In this document: positions 26,885 to 29,423 of the stretch, one piece after another | Layout of the letters: the number at the start of each line of letters is the position of its first letter | Numbering within the stretch: position 1 is the stretch's first letter | Assembly (NCBI GenBank): GCA_965648915.1 | Contig: CBFGIV010000028.1 | Span: 1-29,423, forward strand | Direction of reading: 5' to 3' | Length of the DNA stretch: 29,423 bases | Source: a candidate division WOR-3 bacterium | GTDB lineage: Bacteria; Hydrothermota; Tepidihabitantia; SM23-42; CAYGYG01 | The notes under the pieces: model-generated | Databases searched by the model: none | What the model was told of the DNA's origin: nothing | What the model saw: only the letters and a program-made list of their open reading frames with translations | Position numbers and translations under genes: made by a program

Positions 26885-27087
26885 TGAAATAAAAGGGTTT
26901 GGCATAAATTTAAAGAGGCAATTAAAACCTCGTTTAAGATCCATAAGTGACAATATGGTGTAAACCCTTTATCTTCCATAACTTTTAAAAAAAGCGAATG
27001 GTAAAAATAAAAAATCTTTTTACATTCGAGATACTTTAAGATGATAATGCACTATTAAGACTTAGGATAATAACCAAGGAGGTTCTA

Positions 27088-29023
<1,936 letters not shown>

Positions 29024-29038
29024 ATACGAAAGCATTAC

Positions 29039-29064
29039 GGGCGGGGCTTAATGCCCCGCCCTTT
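29039..29064 (+). terminator. Intrinsic terminator of groESL
   Basis: GGGCGGGGC-TTAAT-GCCCCGCCC followed by TTT. Confidence 0.75.
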
Positions 29065-29085
29065 ATGTTATAATTGGAGGTGGTT

Positions 29086-29247
29086 GTGTATAAGTGGCGC
29101 TGTGCGATCTGCGGGTATATCTATGATCCAGATCAGGGTGATCCAGAGTCCGGTATTGAACCCGGAACTATGTTTGAAGAATTACCCGACGATTGGGTCT
29201 GTCCGGAATGTGGTGCGGATAAAGAGCAATTCGAGATAACATTCTGA
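29086..29247 (+). CDS. Rubredoxin (53 aa; below the ORF-track cutoff)
   Basis: GGAGG RBS, GTG start; [53 protein letters not shown] with CxxC...WxCPxCG. Confidence 0.95.
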   Translation: MYKWRCAICGYIYDPDQGDPESGIEPGTMFEELPDDWVCPECGADKEQFEITF

Positions 29248-29423
29248 AAAAATTGATATCTATGCCCGGATGAATAATGCATAACCGGATTAAAAATGTA
29301 TGGGGCCAACACATATTGACCACCCTTCCAGTATGAGCTGGAAGAAATCGAGTCTAAATCTACCGGCGGAAAGAGAGCAAAAGATTTATGCAACTGAGGA
29401 TAATCTAATTTAACTCGCTCAAA

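Noticed and set aside
26892..26970. AAAGGGTTT...AAACCCTTT inverted repeat after the tRNA as an island attachment site
   Set aside because: Only 9 bp; I saw no integrase and no duplicated tRNA 3' end in the window.
27040..27075. Possible CIRCE element upstream of groES (AATGCACTA...)
   Set aside because: Only GCACT matches; the GAGTGCTAA right arm is absent.
29051..29393. Track ORFs 29051-29239(+) and 29133-29393(-)
   Set aside because: They overlap the clear rubredoxin gene in another frame and have no recognisable motifs.

Overview
Bacterial chromosomal window of moderately low GC. Gene style (several secreted proteins with T9SS-like C-terminal tails, a gingipain-like C25 protein) suggests an FCB-related lineage such as WOR-3; this is an inference. 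1-4249: two secreted repeat proteins with T9SS/FlgD-like tails, the first split by a single in-frame TAG. 4250-5000: decayed remnants, including a 36-bp palindrome, an inverted-repeat-flanked RAYT (Y1 HUH transposase) fragment, an orphan T9SS tail, a REP-like hairpin and a GIY-YIG fragment. 5085-12557: a LeuC/HacA-type aconitase-family large subunit with no adjacent small subunit, divergent from an operon of DUF362 Fe-S protein, GAF-GAF-HD-GYP, CHASE2 adenylate cyclase, scpA and a probable outer-membrane protein. 12592-19129 (minus): GYD protein, small beta-barrel, pilin-like protein, DUF3467, tRNA nucleotidyltransferase, M50 protease, AsmA-like protein, mutM. 19354-26721: a 1533-aa C25 peptidase followed by a RiPP-like cassette (HPr-kinase-like, PqqD/RRE, lasso B2 protease, nucleotidyltransferase) with no lasso cyclase and no visible precursor; this is the most interesting locus. 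26811-end: tRNA-Val(TAC), groES, groEL and a rubredoxin absent from the ORF track.
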